A stretch of DNA of 64,000 nucleotides. Origin: an uncultured Eubacteriales bacterium. GTDB taxonomy: Bacteria; Bacillota; Clostridia; Christensenellales; CAG-917. A program made the position numbers and the translations under genes. Below the pieces are notes generated by a model that was given only the letters and a program-made list of their open reading frames with translations, was not told where the DNA came from and made no database searches. The stretch is taken from positions 16,086 to 80,085 of the forward strand of contig URNP01000001.1 in NCBI GenBank assembly GCA_900549225.1, written 5' to 3'. This document shows positions 9,795 to 18,732 of this stretch, piece by piece. Within the stretch, counting starts at the first letter, position 1; the number at the start of each line of letters is the position of its first letter.

Positions 9795-11462
9795 ATGTCC
9801 GTCAAAAAGGTTACAATCGTGCTTATATGTTGCTTGCTCGTCGTACTTGCTACGGCGGTTTGCGCGCTGCTCGATTTGTATCCAGACGCGTCTTTGACTG
9901 CGTATGCCGAGGATAGACCCTCGTTTGTCATTGCAACGGCAGACGGCGAAGACTGGACTCTTTCTCAAAACGGCGAAAACGTGGACGGGGCAGAGTGCAG
10001 TGGACGATTCATCGTCGTAAACAATCCGAATTGCGTTGCAATGAAAATGTATCAATCCATTCAAAAATGCCTGCGCGAGTCGGGAGCGGACGTTCCTCCG
10101 ACGGGGGATTTTACCGTTGCGGATTATTGCAATATCTCGTTCAGACTTCCCGATATTCATGCAACCGTTGCCGAAAATAAGGCAAAATATGCTTCGCAAG
10201 GCATACTTTTTGAAGCGTCGGTGTCCGAAGTTATTTCTGCGCCTACGTTCTCTTTCGAGTACAAAGCGAAGGACGGAGAATGGAAAAGCGCAGTCGCTCA
10301 AAAGGCGAGCAGCGTTGACGGATATTATTTCGGAAGCGGCATTGATTCGGGAGAGTATGAGGTTCGCCTCGTTGCAACCGAAGTGATCAGATACGAAGTC
10401 AACGACGATCAAGTGCCGTTTGAATATTCCTCAAAAAGATATTCGGAAACGTTTGATTGCACCGTTGAAAAAGCAGAGATACCCACGCCGAATTCCGTTC
10501 AAAAAGACGTAATATACGGTCAAAGCGTTGCGGATATCGCAAATTCCATAAGGTTGGCAGACTTGACAACACTCGATTTGCCGGGCAGATTCGTACCGTC
10601 AGAGTATCAGACGGACACGGCTCTTACCGCTGTCGAAGATAAGGCGTCCGTATATCTCGGAGTGAACGATGACGGCCACGTCGTCTATTACGATTTCGTA
10701 CCCGATAATCAGAATTATTTGAATTTGACCAACGTGGCGGTCAACGTCAGCGTGAGTCCGCGCAGTTTGTATTTGCGCATACACCACGCGTTTTCGCTTG
10801 TCGGAGAGGATATAGTAGAGCCGACTTTCCAGGTTTTGACCGCTCTTGTGGGCGACGATACGGTCGAAAGTTTGGGCGCAAGTTTTGTATATCAAGTGGA
10901 CAAAAACTCGCCGAGCATGTCCTATCGCACGTACGTCGAGTTCTCAAACCCGAATTATACGCCCGATTGCCATAGTTACGAAAATCAGTTTGCGGACTAC
11001 GGCAGATACTTTGTTTATGCGACTCGCATAAGAGTGGTTGCAGACGACGGACAAGAGTTTTTCATTCTCATAGCCGAAGGAATCGCGGACGTCGATATAA
11101 CAGCAACGAGAGTTGACGTTGACGGCGTTTGGAATAGGAAAGTCGTGTGTGCGTACGAGTTCAAATTCGTTGACAAATACGGCGCCGACGTTATGCCCGA
11201 GGTCTTTACGGTGTCGTGGCAGAACGTGCCCGACGACGTCGGATTCGTTGCAGTGCAGGGAAGAGAAGACGTGTTTGACGTCGGAGCGGACGGCGTGACG
11301 TTGTCCAAGGAATACAACGTGATTTGCTTCCTTGAAAAAGAAGTCAAGCCGAACGCGCTCACGCCTGCGAACATTGCGCTTATTGCGTGTTGCTCGGCTC
11401 TTGCGTGCGCTACGGTTGCGCTAGTAGTGGCGTGGAAAAAGCAAAGGAGGTATCTGGTATGA
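9795..11462 (+). CDS. hypothetical membrane-anchored surface protein
   Basis: 555 aa. N-terminal hydrophobic signal/anchor, C-terminal TM helix followed by KKQRRY. Internal segments faintly resemble MBG-type adhesin repeats (from memory, weak). SD AAGAGGGG. Confidence 0.6.
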   Translation: MSVKKVTIVLICCLLVVLATAVCALLDLYPDASLTAYAEDRPSFVIATADGEDWTLSQNGENVDGAECSGRFIVVNNPNCVAMKMYQSIQKCLRESGADVPPTGDFTVADYCNISFRLPDIHATVAENKAKYASQGILFEASVSEVISAPTFSFEYKAKDGEWKSAVAQKASSVDGYYFGSGIDSGEYEVRLVATEVIRYEVNDDQVPFEYSSKRYSETFDCTVEKAEIPTPNSVQKDVIYGQSVADIANSIRLADLTTLDLPGRFVPSEYQTDTALTAVEDKASVYLGVNDDGHVVYYDFVPDNQNYLNLTNVAVNVSVSPRSLYLRIHHAFSLVGEDIVEPTFQVLTALVGDDTVESLGASFVYQVDKNSPSMSYRTYVEFSNPNYTPDCHSYENQFADYGRYFVYATRIRVVADDGQEFFILIAEGIADVDITATRVDVDGVWNRKVVCAYEFKFVDKYGADVMPEVFTVSWQNVPDDVGFVAVQGREDVFDVGADGVTLSKEYNVICFLEKEVKPNALTPANIALIACCSALACATVALVVAWKKQRRYLV

Positions 11463-11764
11463 CGAATGTTCTTTGTGCGAACTTTGTGTTGTCCGACTTC
11501 CTTTTTGCGTTTTTGCTCGCACTGCTCGGCATTCTCGCAACCATAGTTTGCGTGCTGTCGCTTATGCTTGCAAGCAGGCATAAAGCGGATATGAAACGAC
11601 TCGAAAGATACGTTTACGTGAAAGAAACGTGGGTTAAACCCTCGGATTGTGCGAAAACGGAGAAAAACGAAACGAATAAAAACGCCACGAAAAACGACGG
11701 CAAAAAACCTCGTCACGGCAAAAAGAACAAGCAAGCGAAGGCAGTCAAAGAGGCGAGCAAATGA
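11459..11764 (+). CDS. small membrane protein with Lys-rich tail
   Basis: 101 aa from ATG 11459. ATGA overlap with the upstream stop and another ATGA overlap with the downstream CDF start. One TM helix (FLFAFLLALLGILATIVCVLSLML). No homology recognised. Confidence 0.5.
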   Translation: MTNVLCANFVLSDFLFAFLLALLGILATIVCVLSLMLASRHKADMKRLERYVYVKETWVKPSDCAKTEKNETNKNATKNDGKKPRHGKKNKQAKAVKEASK

Positions 11765-12675
11765 AAGAGCGCGTGAAAAAATCCATAATTATGATTGCCG
11801 TGGGAATTGCCGTAAACGTTGCGCTTGCGGCAATCAAAATGTACGTCGGACTTGCGTCGAACAGCCTTTGCATTATGCTTGACGCAATGAACAGTTTTCT
11901 CGATACGCTCACGTGCATCGTCACGCTGATAGTGTTTATCGTCCTTCTCGCGCCGAAGAGCGAGAGCGCGCCTTACGGCTACGGCAGAGGCGAATATCTT
12001 GCAGGGTTTATCGTCGCGGTCGTATCCGTGGTTATGGGCGGCTTGTTCTTTATGCGTTCGATAAACCGTATGGCTATGCCGGAACCCGTGTATTACGGAT
12101 GGCAAAGCATCGTGCTTATCAGCGTATGTTTGCCGATCAAACTCGGCATGGGGCTTGCATATTATTTTGCAAACAAAAAAATCAAATCGCAAGCGATCAG
12201 GGCGGTTATGCTCGATAGCTTTCTCGATCTCGGAATCACCGCTACGAGCCTCGTCGCTTTTGCGGTGACGGCAAGAGTGGACTATGCGGTTGATGCTATC
12301 GTCGGAATCGTGATGAGCATCGTCATAATTGCCGTGGGAATCAAAATGGTGGTCGAGAACGTGCGAGCAATCGTCGTGGGTGACGGCGCAAAAGAAGAAA
12401 TCGCCGCCATAGAGGACGTTTGCAAGGTGCACGGCGTAGTGCTTGACAAAACCGCAATCCACGATTACGGCTACGGCGCGAAAGTAGGCAACGCGTATAT
12501 AAGCGCAGACGACAGGGCGGACGTTGAAGAGATGCGCAAAAAAGTGCGCGAGAAAACGAATGCGGACATTACGTTTGTTCTTTCGCCAAAAGAGGAAAAT
12601 GCCGGCTTGTCTGATGAAAAAGTGCTCGAAAACGGCGAGAATGACCCGGCAAACGGCAAAGCGAACGAGAAATAG
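11761..12675 (+). CDS. cation diffusion facilitator (CDF) family transporter
   Basis: 304 aa. Multi-TM N-terminal domain with LDAMNSFLD and DSFLD (DxxxD) metal-site-like motifs, then a cytoplasmic C-terminal domain and an acidic tail. Confidence 0.85.
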   Translation: MKERVKKSIIMIAVGIAVNVALAAIKMYVGLASNSLCIMLDAMNSFLDTLTCIVTLIVFIVLLAPKSESAPYGYGRGEYLAGFIVAVVSVVMGGLFFMRSINRMAMPEPVYYGWQSIVLISVCLPIKLGMGLAYYFANKKIKSQAIRAVMLDSFLDLGITATSLVAFAVTARVDYAVDAIVGIVMSIVIIAVGIKMVVENVRAIVVGDGAKEEIAAIEDVCKVHGVVLDKTAIHDYGYGAKVGNAYISADDRADVEEMRKKVREKTNADITFVLSPKEENAGLSDEKVLENGENDPANGKANEK

Positions 12676-12760
12676 CACTACGCGTAAGCATTACGCTATT
12701 GAAAATATCCGAAAATGAGAATATAATAATATTTAATATAGCAGCAACAAGGAGGGATTT

Positions 12761-14251
12761 ATGAGCGACGCAATCAAAAACGTAGAAAACGAGAATGAAG
12801 AATCGCAACAAATCGTAGAGGATTCGCAAGAGAGCGAAAAGTCGGAGGGAATACTCAAAGACTTCGACGGTAAAAAGGCGAAGAAAAACAAAAAAGAGAA
12901 AAAGCCCCTTTCTCCCGAACAGAAGAAGAGAAAAACCGTCAAAGCGTTGATCATTACCGGCAGCGTCGTGCTTGCCTTGGTTATATTCTTCAGCGGTTGC
13001 GCGATTGCGTCTACCGTCAACACCAACGCGCACCTCTCGCTCGCATCCAACTTTGAAAAAGTGGAATACACCGAGCACGAACAACTTACGCCGACTTTTG
13101 ACGATGAACTCGGACATTGGACGTTCACAAAAGACGCCGACAGAGATTTCAAAGTGTTGCAATTCACCGACGTGCATATCGGCGGCGGCTCTTTCTCGGG
13201 CACGAAGGACAATTGGGCAATGAGTGCAGTTGCGACGATGATTCGTCAATCTCAACCCGATCTCGTGGTCGTTACAGGCGATATCGCTTACCCCGTACCC
13301 TTCCAAGCAGGCACGTTCAACAACCTCAACGCAACTAGAATCTTCTCGAATATGATGGAAAATCTCGGCGTGTATTGGACGTTTGCGTTTGGCAACCACG
13401 ACACCGAAATGTACAGCCTTTACTCCCGCGACGAAATCTGCGATTACTATGCGAACGCAGGTTTTAAATATTGCCTTTTTAGAGCAGGATTCTGCGACGA
13501 GAAGGACGTCATCAGCGATGATTCAAGAGGTTTTGGAAACGACGTTATCGTCGTGAAAAACCCGAAAACCCCCGACGGCTCTTTAAATCCGATAAATCAG
13601 GCAATCGTCACTTTCGACAGCCATAGCTATACCGACGGCGACTATTTCGGCATCGCTTGGAAGTACGACAATATCCATCAATGCCAGATCGATTGGTACG
13701 CAACCGAAATGGAAAGTCTCAAAGCCAAAAACAACGGCGTTGAGGTCAACAATCTCGTGTTCTTCCACATTCCTCTTCGCGAATATCGCGACGCATGGGC
13801 AAACGTCATCGAATCGGGCAAGTCAAAAGACGAATTGACCAAAGGTACGACAATTTCGTCCGAAAAGGGCACGACGGAGTTTATCTACGGAACGATGGGC
13901 GAATCGGACAAGAAGAAAAACGGCGTGCGCACATACGGCGTATTCTGCGGCAGCGGAACGGACAACCTTTTTGAAACGGGTCTTACCCACGGCATGCAAG
14001 GCGTCTTCTGCGGTCACGACCACTACAACAACTTCTCCGTCAACTATACGCCGAACGGAGCGTCGCGTTCCATTCGCCTCACCTACGGCATGTCCATCGA
14101 CTATCTCGCCTACGCCGGCATCTACAAAGAAAACTCTCAACGTGGCACGACCGTCATTTCAATCAAATCCGACGGCACCTTTGATTGCGCTGCTAAGAAT
14201 TATTATGAGGACTTTGAGGGGGCAAACGATTACGTAGCCAACCACCAATAA
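12761..14251 (+). CDS. membrane-anchored metallophosphoesterase
   Basis: 496 aa. Charged N-terminus, one TM helix, then calcineurin-like motifs QFTDVHIG, VVTGDIAY, FGNHD, FFHIPL, CGHDH. SD AAGGAGGG. Confidence 0.8.
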   Translation: MSDAIKNVENENEESQQIVEDSQESEKSEGILKDFDGKKAKKNKKEKKPLSPEQKKRKTVKALIITGSVVLALVIFFSGCAIASTVNTNAHLSLASNFEKVEYTEHEQLTPTFDDELGHWTFTKDADRDFKVLQFTDVHIGGGSFSGTKDNWAMSAVATMIRQSQPDLVVVTGDIAYPVPFQAGTFNNLNATRIFSNMMENLGVYWTFAFGNHDTEMYSLYSRDEICDYYANAGFKYCLFRAGFCDEKDVISDDSRGFGNDVIVVKNPKTPDGSLNPINQAIVTFDSHSYTDGDYFGIAWKYDNIHQCQIDWYATEMESLKAKNNGVEVNNLVFFHIPLREYRDAWANVIESGKSKDELTKGTTISSEKGTTEFIYGTMGESDKKKNGVRTYGVFCGSGTDNLFETGLTHGMQGVFCGHDHYNNFSVNYTPNGASRSIRLTYGMSIDYLAYAGIYKENSQRGTTVISIKSDGTFDCAAKNYYEDFEGANDYVANHQ

Positions 14252-14367
14252 GCGCCCAAACAGCGAATAACCGCGTCAACGCCCCTCGCTTGTCAACTCA
14301 TGTACGCATTGTACATTAGGGTTGCCAAACGAGGGGTGTTTTCTTGTTCTTCATCTGTTTGGGGCGC
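14252..14367 (+). repeat. rod-like hairpin repeat element, full copy
   Basis: Starts one base after the phosphoesterase stop. GCGCCCAAACAG ... CTGTTTGGGGCGC termini. Stem CCCCTCG.TTG.CAAC..ATGTAC / GTACAT..GTTG.CAA.CGAGGGG. Confidence 0.85.
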
Positions 14368-14380
14368 TTATTATAAAAAT

Positions 14381-14500
14381 TTTTGTTTGTGCCTAACTTT
14401 GTCAGACCACGTTTGCTCACTTGTCACGTACACTCAAGTACGTCAGGCGAGTTCGTAAACGGGGTTCTTTCGCAATATGCATCGATTTGAGACGCTTATC
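14381..14500 (+). repeat. degenerate copy of the hairpin repeat plus conserved GCATCGATTT spacer
   Basis: CCTAACTTTGTCAGACC left-end motif, apical stem ACGTAC-actcaa-GTACGT, then ATGCATCGATTTGAGACGC, which matches ACGCATCGATTTAGTGCG at 9584. Confidence 0.6.
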
Positions 14501-14512
14501 GCAAAATTTGTA

Positions 14513-14607
14513 TACTCTGCAAATAACCGTGTCAACTCATGTACGCATTGTACATTAGGGGTGCCAAACGAGGGGTGTTTTTCTTGTTCTTCATCTGTTT
14601 GGAGCGC
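14513..14607 (+). repeat. hairpin repeat, copy lacking the left terminal repeat
   Basis: 14527..14607 is nearly identical to 14273..14367 apart from a deletion in the left stem arm. Right end CATCTGTTTGGAGCGC. Confidence 0.8.
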
Positions 14608-14839
14608 TCATACGGTCGGCGCCTTGCGCCTCCGGTTCAGTCTGCGAAAGGGCAGATTTCGTATACAAGTAGGCATCGAATAAGTTTTCGTTCGGATGTG
14701 GGGTGTAACCCTGCCCATAATAATTAATTAAAAGCGTGATATTTAGATGAAAAATAAGAAAGAGCTGGTTTATTGATCAAACTTAAATATGTTGTAAAAA
14801 AAGGAATTGTAATACGGCATTATTGAGATGAAGAGCGCG

Positions 14840-14904
14840 AAAAAGCCCCTTAAACGGACAGCCTAGCGTATATATAATACGCGACTGTACGGACAAGGGG
14901 CTTT
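14840..14904 (-). terminator. intrinsic terminator of guaA (long hairpin plus U-tract)
   Basis: Minus strand reads AAAGCCCCTT...AAGGGGCTTTTT. Lies 30 nt below the guaA stop and is nested inside a second inverted repeat at 14809..14827 / 14919..14937. Confidence 0.65.
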
Positions 14905-14933
14905 GACAATGCTAGTCGCTCAATGATGCCGTA

Positions 14934-16457
14934 TTACTCCCATTCGATGGTCGCCGGGGGCTTCCCCGTCACATCATAACACACTCTGCTGACACCGTGC
15001 ACTTCGTTGACGATGCGAGAGGCAATCTTTGTGAGAAGATCGTAGGGCAGGCGAGTGTATTCTGCCGTCATAAAATCCGAAGTCGTCACCGCTCTCAAGA
15101 CGACGACGTAGCCGTAATTGCGATAGTCGCCGATGACCCCGACGGATTTCGTATCCGTGATGACCGCAAAGTATTGATCCGATTTGACGTCGCTCGCGTC
15201 GAGTTCCTCGCGCATAATGGCGTCCGCATCACGCAACAGGTCGAGTTTTTCTTTGGTGATTTCTCCGATCGTGCGGATTGCAAGGCCCGGACCGGGGAAA
15301 GGCTGGCGGTTGACGAGATAGTCGGGAAGCCCGAGTTTTTTGCCGATGATGCGCACCTCGTCTTTGAAGAGTCCGCGAAGGGGCTCGACAAGACCGATGA
15401 ACGGCATATCTTTGGGAAGTCCGCCGACGTTGTGATGGCTCTTTATGTTTGCGGAATTGTTTGCGCCCGATTCGATGACGTCGGGGTAGATTGTGCCTTG
15501 TGCGAGGAAGTCGTAGCCTTTGTGCGCACTCGAAACTTCGGCAAACGTTTTGACAAACTCTTCGCCGATGATCTTTCTCTTGCGCTCGGGATCGGTTACG
15601 CCTGCGATTTTCGAGAGGAATTTTTCGCTTGCGTCAACGATTTCGAGTTTGAGGGGCAGGGGAGAGAACGCTTCTCTGATTTGTTCGGTCTCGTTTTTGC
15701 GCATAAAGCCGTGATCGACGTATACGCACAGAAGTTGATCGGGGATCGCCTTGCTAATAAGTGCGGCAACGACAGAACTGTCTACGCCACCCGAAAGACC
15801 GAGAAGAACCTTTTTGTCGCCCACTTGCTCGCGAATGAGTTTGATTTGAGCGTCGATATAATCGTCGAGAGAGTAGTCGCGCTTTGCGCCGCAAACGTTG
15901 ATAACGAAGTTTTCAAGCACCTTGTTGCCATTGACGGAACGCTCGACTTCGGGGTGAAACTGAACGCCGTAAAGGTGTTTATCCTCGTTTGCGATTGCTG
16001 CGCACGGACAGTCTGCCGTCGTTGCGACGACTTTGAAGCCTTCGGGAATTTCGGCAACGTAGTCGGTGTGGCTCATGAGCATTTTCTCTTGCTTACCGAG
16101 CCCGTCGAATATCGTGCAATCGCCGATGAAAACCTCGGTTTGGCCATACTCGCGCACAGTGCCTTGTTTGACGACTCCGCCGAAGAAATGCGCCATATAT
16201 TGCATGCCGTAGCATATGCCCAAAATCGGCACGCCCAAGTCGAACACTGCTTTTGAGCAACGCGGTGAATCTTCAAGATACACACTGTTCGGTCCACCCG
16301 TGAAAATGATGCCGATAGGGTTGATCTCCTTGAGTTTTTCTTCGCTGATAGAGGAAGGCTCTACGACGGAATACACGTTCATTCTGCGCACCGAGCGCGC
16401 GATGAGTTCCTTGTATTGTCCTCCAAAATCAAGAACGAGAATGGTTTGGTTTTTCAT
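14934..16457 (-). CDS. guaA: GMP synthase (glutamine-hydrolysing)
   Basis: Track ORF runs up to a TTG at 16775. ATG 16457 with an AGGAG SD gives MKNQTILVLDFGGQY. GATase-1 (ICYGMQ, FHPE), PP-loop SGGVDSS, C-terminus KPPATIEWE. 507 aa. Confidence 0.95.
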   Translation of the reverse strand: MKNQTILVLDFGGQYKELIARSVRRMNVYSVVEPSSISEEKLKEINPIGIIFTGGPNSVYLEDSPRCSKAVFDLGVPILGICYGMQYMAHFFGGVVKQGTVREYGQTEVFIGDCTIFDGLGKQEKMLMSHTDYVAEIPEGFKVVATTADCPCAAIANEDKHLYGVQFHPEVERSVNGNKVLENFVINVCGAKRDYSLDDYIDAQIKLIREQVGDKKVLLGLSGGVDSSVVAALISKAIPDQLLCVYVDHGFMRKNETEQIREAFSPLPLKLEIVDASEKFLSKIAGVTDPERKRKIIGEEFVKTFAEVSSAHKGYDFLAQGTIYPDVIESGANNSANIKSHHNVGGLPKDMPFIGLVEPLRGLFKDEVRIIGKKLGLPDYLVNRQPFPGPGLAIRTIGEITKEKLDLLRDADAIMREELDASDVKSDQYFAVITDTKSVGVIGDYRNYGYVVVLRAVTTSDFMTAEYTRLPYDLLTKIASRIVNEVHGVSRVCYDVTGKPPATIEWE

Positions 16458-16661
16458 ATGTTCTCCTAAAAAGGTTGATTCAACGTATATAAAGATTATA
16501 CCCAAAAAACCGCCCAAAGCAAAGCGTATTGTCAAACATTGTTGCGAAAAACGAATAAACGCGTATTGCAAGGAGCAAATGCAATCTCGAATACAAAGAA
16601 TTTGAAAAACAAACGTGGAAAGCAAGCAAGTACATGTTTGATACAATCGGCAGTTTATATG

Positions 16662-16691
16662 AAAAAAAGAGTGTGATAAACGCTCTTTTTT
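16662..16691 (-). terminator. intrinsic terminator after pyrG
   Basis: Hairpin AAGAGCG-tttatca-CACTCTT followed by a T-run on the minus strand, about 45 nt below the pyrG stop. Confidence 0.55.
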
Positions 16692-16734
16692 GTCGGTTGC
16701 ACATTGTTTTGACGTATATAACGAAGTAAGAATA

Positions 16735-18330
16735 TTATTTTTCGGTTGCCATTGCCGCTTTGACGAATGCGGCAAATATCGGGTTGGCGACTTCGGGACG
16801 AGATGTAAATTCGGGGTGGAATTGTACGCCCACGAAGAAGGGGTGATCGCTCACTTCAACGGTTTCGACGATACGACCGTCGGGGGATTTGCCGCTTATC
16901 ACGAGGCCGCCTTTTTCAAACGCTTCGAGATAGTCCGAGTTGAACTCGTATCTGTGGCGGTGTCTTTCTTCGATGATGTCCTGATTTGCGTAGGCTTCTT
17001 TGATTTTCGTGCCGTCTTTGAGGGCGCAGGGGTATGCGCCGAGGCGCATCGTTCCGCCGATTCTCTTGCCCTTTTTGTCGGGAAGAATGTCGATGACGTG
17101 ACTGCCGCTTTCGGAAAACTCGCCGCTCGTTGCGTCCTTGATGCCGAGTACGTCACGGGCGTATTCGATGACGGTGACTTGCATGCCGAGGCATATGCCG
17201 AGATAGGGGATTTTGTGTTCACGAGCATATTTGCACGCGCAAATCATTCCCTCGACGCCTCTTGTGCCGAAGCCGCCCGGGATGATGATTCCGTCCACGT
17301 CTTTGAGTTTGTCGGCAACGTTCTTGTCGGTGACGGTTTCGCTGTCCACCCACTTGAGATCGACGCCTGTTTTGTTCGCTCCGCCTGCGTGCTTGATTGC
17401 TTCGACGAGCGAAATGTAGGAATCGCGCAAAGAAACGTATTTGCCTACTATTGCGATTCTCGTTTTTACGGATTTGATTTTGAGATCTGCGACTTTCTTT
17501 TTCCACTCTGTCAAATCGCACTTGCCGTCGAGAGAGAGCGCTTTGCTTATTGCTTTGTACAGACCGTTACGATAGAGCATAGACGGTGCGTCGTAGAGGC
17601 ATTTTACGGTGGTGCTCGGCACGACGGCTTGCTCGTCTATAGAGCAGAAAAGCGAAATCTTTTTGATTATCTCTTCAGGAGGATTCTTGTCCGAGCGCGT
17701 GACCACGACGTCGGGGAATATGCCGAAGCGTTGGAGTTCGCGCACGGAGTGTTGCACCGGTTTGGACTTGAATTCGTCCGAGCAAGACATATACAAGAGC
17801 AGACAGACGTGTACGAACGCACAATTCTCCCTGCCTACGTCGAGGCTGAATTGGCGCAAGGCTTCGAGATAGGGCTGGCTTTCGATATCTCCGACCGTGC
17901 CGCCGATCTCGGTGATGAGCACGTCTGCGCCCGATTCCTTTGCGGTGTCGAGGATATGTTGCTTTATCTCGTTGGTGACGTGAGGCACGATTTGCACGGT
18001 TTTGCCTTCGTATTCGCCCGCTCTTTCTTTGTTGAGTACGTTCTGATAGACTTTGCCGCTCGTGAGGGTGGAACTCTTTGTGAGATTCTCGTTGATGAAA
18101 CGCTCGTAGTGTCCGAGGTCGAGATCGGTTTCCGCTCCGTCGCAGGTGACGAACACCTCTCCGTGTTGGGTGGGATTGAGTGTGCCGGGGTCGATATTCA
18201 TATACGGGTCGAACTTCTCGATATATACGCTGTAGCCCGCCGATTTCAAAAGTCTGCCGAGCGATGCTGCCACGATGCCTTTGCCGAGTCCGGATACGAC
18301 TCCGCCCGTTACGAAAATGTACTTGCTCAT
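16735..18330 (-). CDS. pyrG: CTP synthase
   Basis: 531 aa. MSKYIFVTGGVVSGLGKGI, GATase domain GICLGMQ, HRHRYEFN. SD GGAGG. Confidence 0.95.
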   Translation of the reverse strand: MSKYIFVTGGVVSGLGKGIVAASLGRLLKSAGYSVYIEKFDPYMNIDPGTLNPTQHGEVFVTCDGAETDLDLGHYERFINENLTKSSTLTSGKVYQNVLNKERAGEYEGKTVQIVPHVTNEIKQHILDTAKESGADVLITEIGGTVGDIESQPYLEALRQFSLDVGRENCAFVHVCLLLYMSCSDEFKSKPVQHSVRELQRFGIFPDVVVTRSDKNPPEEIIKKISLFCSIDEQAVVPSTTVKCLYDAPSMLYRNGLYKAISKALSLDGKCDLTEWKKKVADLKIKSVKTRIAIVGKYVSLRDSYISLVEAIKHAGGANKTGVDLKWVDSETVTDKNVADKLKDVDGIIIPGGFGTRGVEGMICACKYAREHKIPYLGICLGMQVTVIEYARDVLGIKDATSGEFSESGSHVIDILPDKKGKRIGGTMRLGAYPCALKDGTKIKEAYANQDIIEERHRHRYEFNSDYLEAFEKGGLVISGKSPDGRIVETVEVSDHPFFVGVQFHPEFTSRPEVANPIFAAFVKAAMATEK

Positions 18331-18392
18331 ATGTGCCTCCGATGGTTATTTTCTGCTGTGTTTTCGGTTTTTTCGTGCTTTTTGAAGCCTTT

Positions 18393-18464
18393 TTTGCCTC
18401 AAAAAAACAAAAAAAAGGCGTTTTTTTTTAGCGACTTGAGTCTGCCAAAAAGAAAAACGCCTTT
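18393..18464 (-). terminator. leader terminator (attenuator candidate) in the pyrG 5' UTR
   Basis: Minus strand reads GGCGTTTTTCTTTTT...AAAAAAAAACGCC followed by TTTTTTTTGTTTTTTT. Located between a TTGACA-16-TATCAT promoter (18584..18557) and the pyrG ATG. Confidence 0.55.
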
Positions 18465-18556
18465 TCAGGTCCTTTTTATATGATTGCAAAAGCAATGATT
18501 TTTGCTGCAAAAAGCCGAGAGGTTTTTTGCGGTTTCTTTTTCAAAAAACAGTTGTT

Positions 18557-18584
18557 ATGATATCATATTCTGCTCGGTTGTCAA
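18557..18584 (-). promoter_or_regulatory. candidate pyrG promoter (TTGACA-16-TATCAT)
   Basis: Minus strand reads CATTGACAACCGAGCAGAATATGATATCATAAC. It predicts a leader of about 220 nt. Confidence 0.45.
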
Positions 18585-18732
18585 TGATTTTTTCAAATGT
18601 TTTTCAAAAAAATTTTTCAATCCGTTCGCGCCTTTTTGCATGCTCGTTTCATATGCGCGTGCGCAAGGGCGCACTCGTGTGTATTTATTGATACACGCGT
18701 TGAACCGCTTTACAAAAAGCTACAAAATAATC

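Noticed and set aside
14252-14367. Hairpin repeats as integron attC sites (structure-conserved imperfect palindromes at gene 3' ends)
   Set aside because: No RYYYAAC / GTTRRRY core sites are present. There is no intI and no cassette array. The adjacent genes are housekeeping genes on both strands. A REP/MITE-like interpretation fits better.
16458-16775. N-terminal extensions in the ORF track: guaA to 16775, glmM to 1699, gerAA to 40496, aspS 5441 and the RR at 55416
   Set aside because: The track takes the longest ORF, including TTG/GTG starts. Internal ATGs with SDs reproduce the canonical N-termini of these families. The gerAA extension also overlaps another gene and its terminator.
16690-18483. 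597-aa plus-strand ORF opposite pyrG. Similar cases: 14997..16256 opposite guaA, 41556..42638 opposite gdhA, 47935..50463 opposite lipoprotein C, and 2867..3787 opposite asnS.
   Set aside because: All are antisense to genes with unmistakable conserved motifs. Those I checked are in the same codon register as the sense gene, so they are shadow ORFs.
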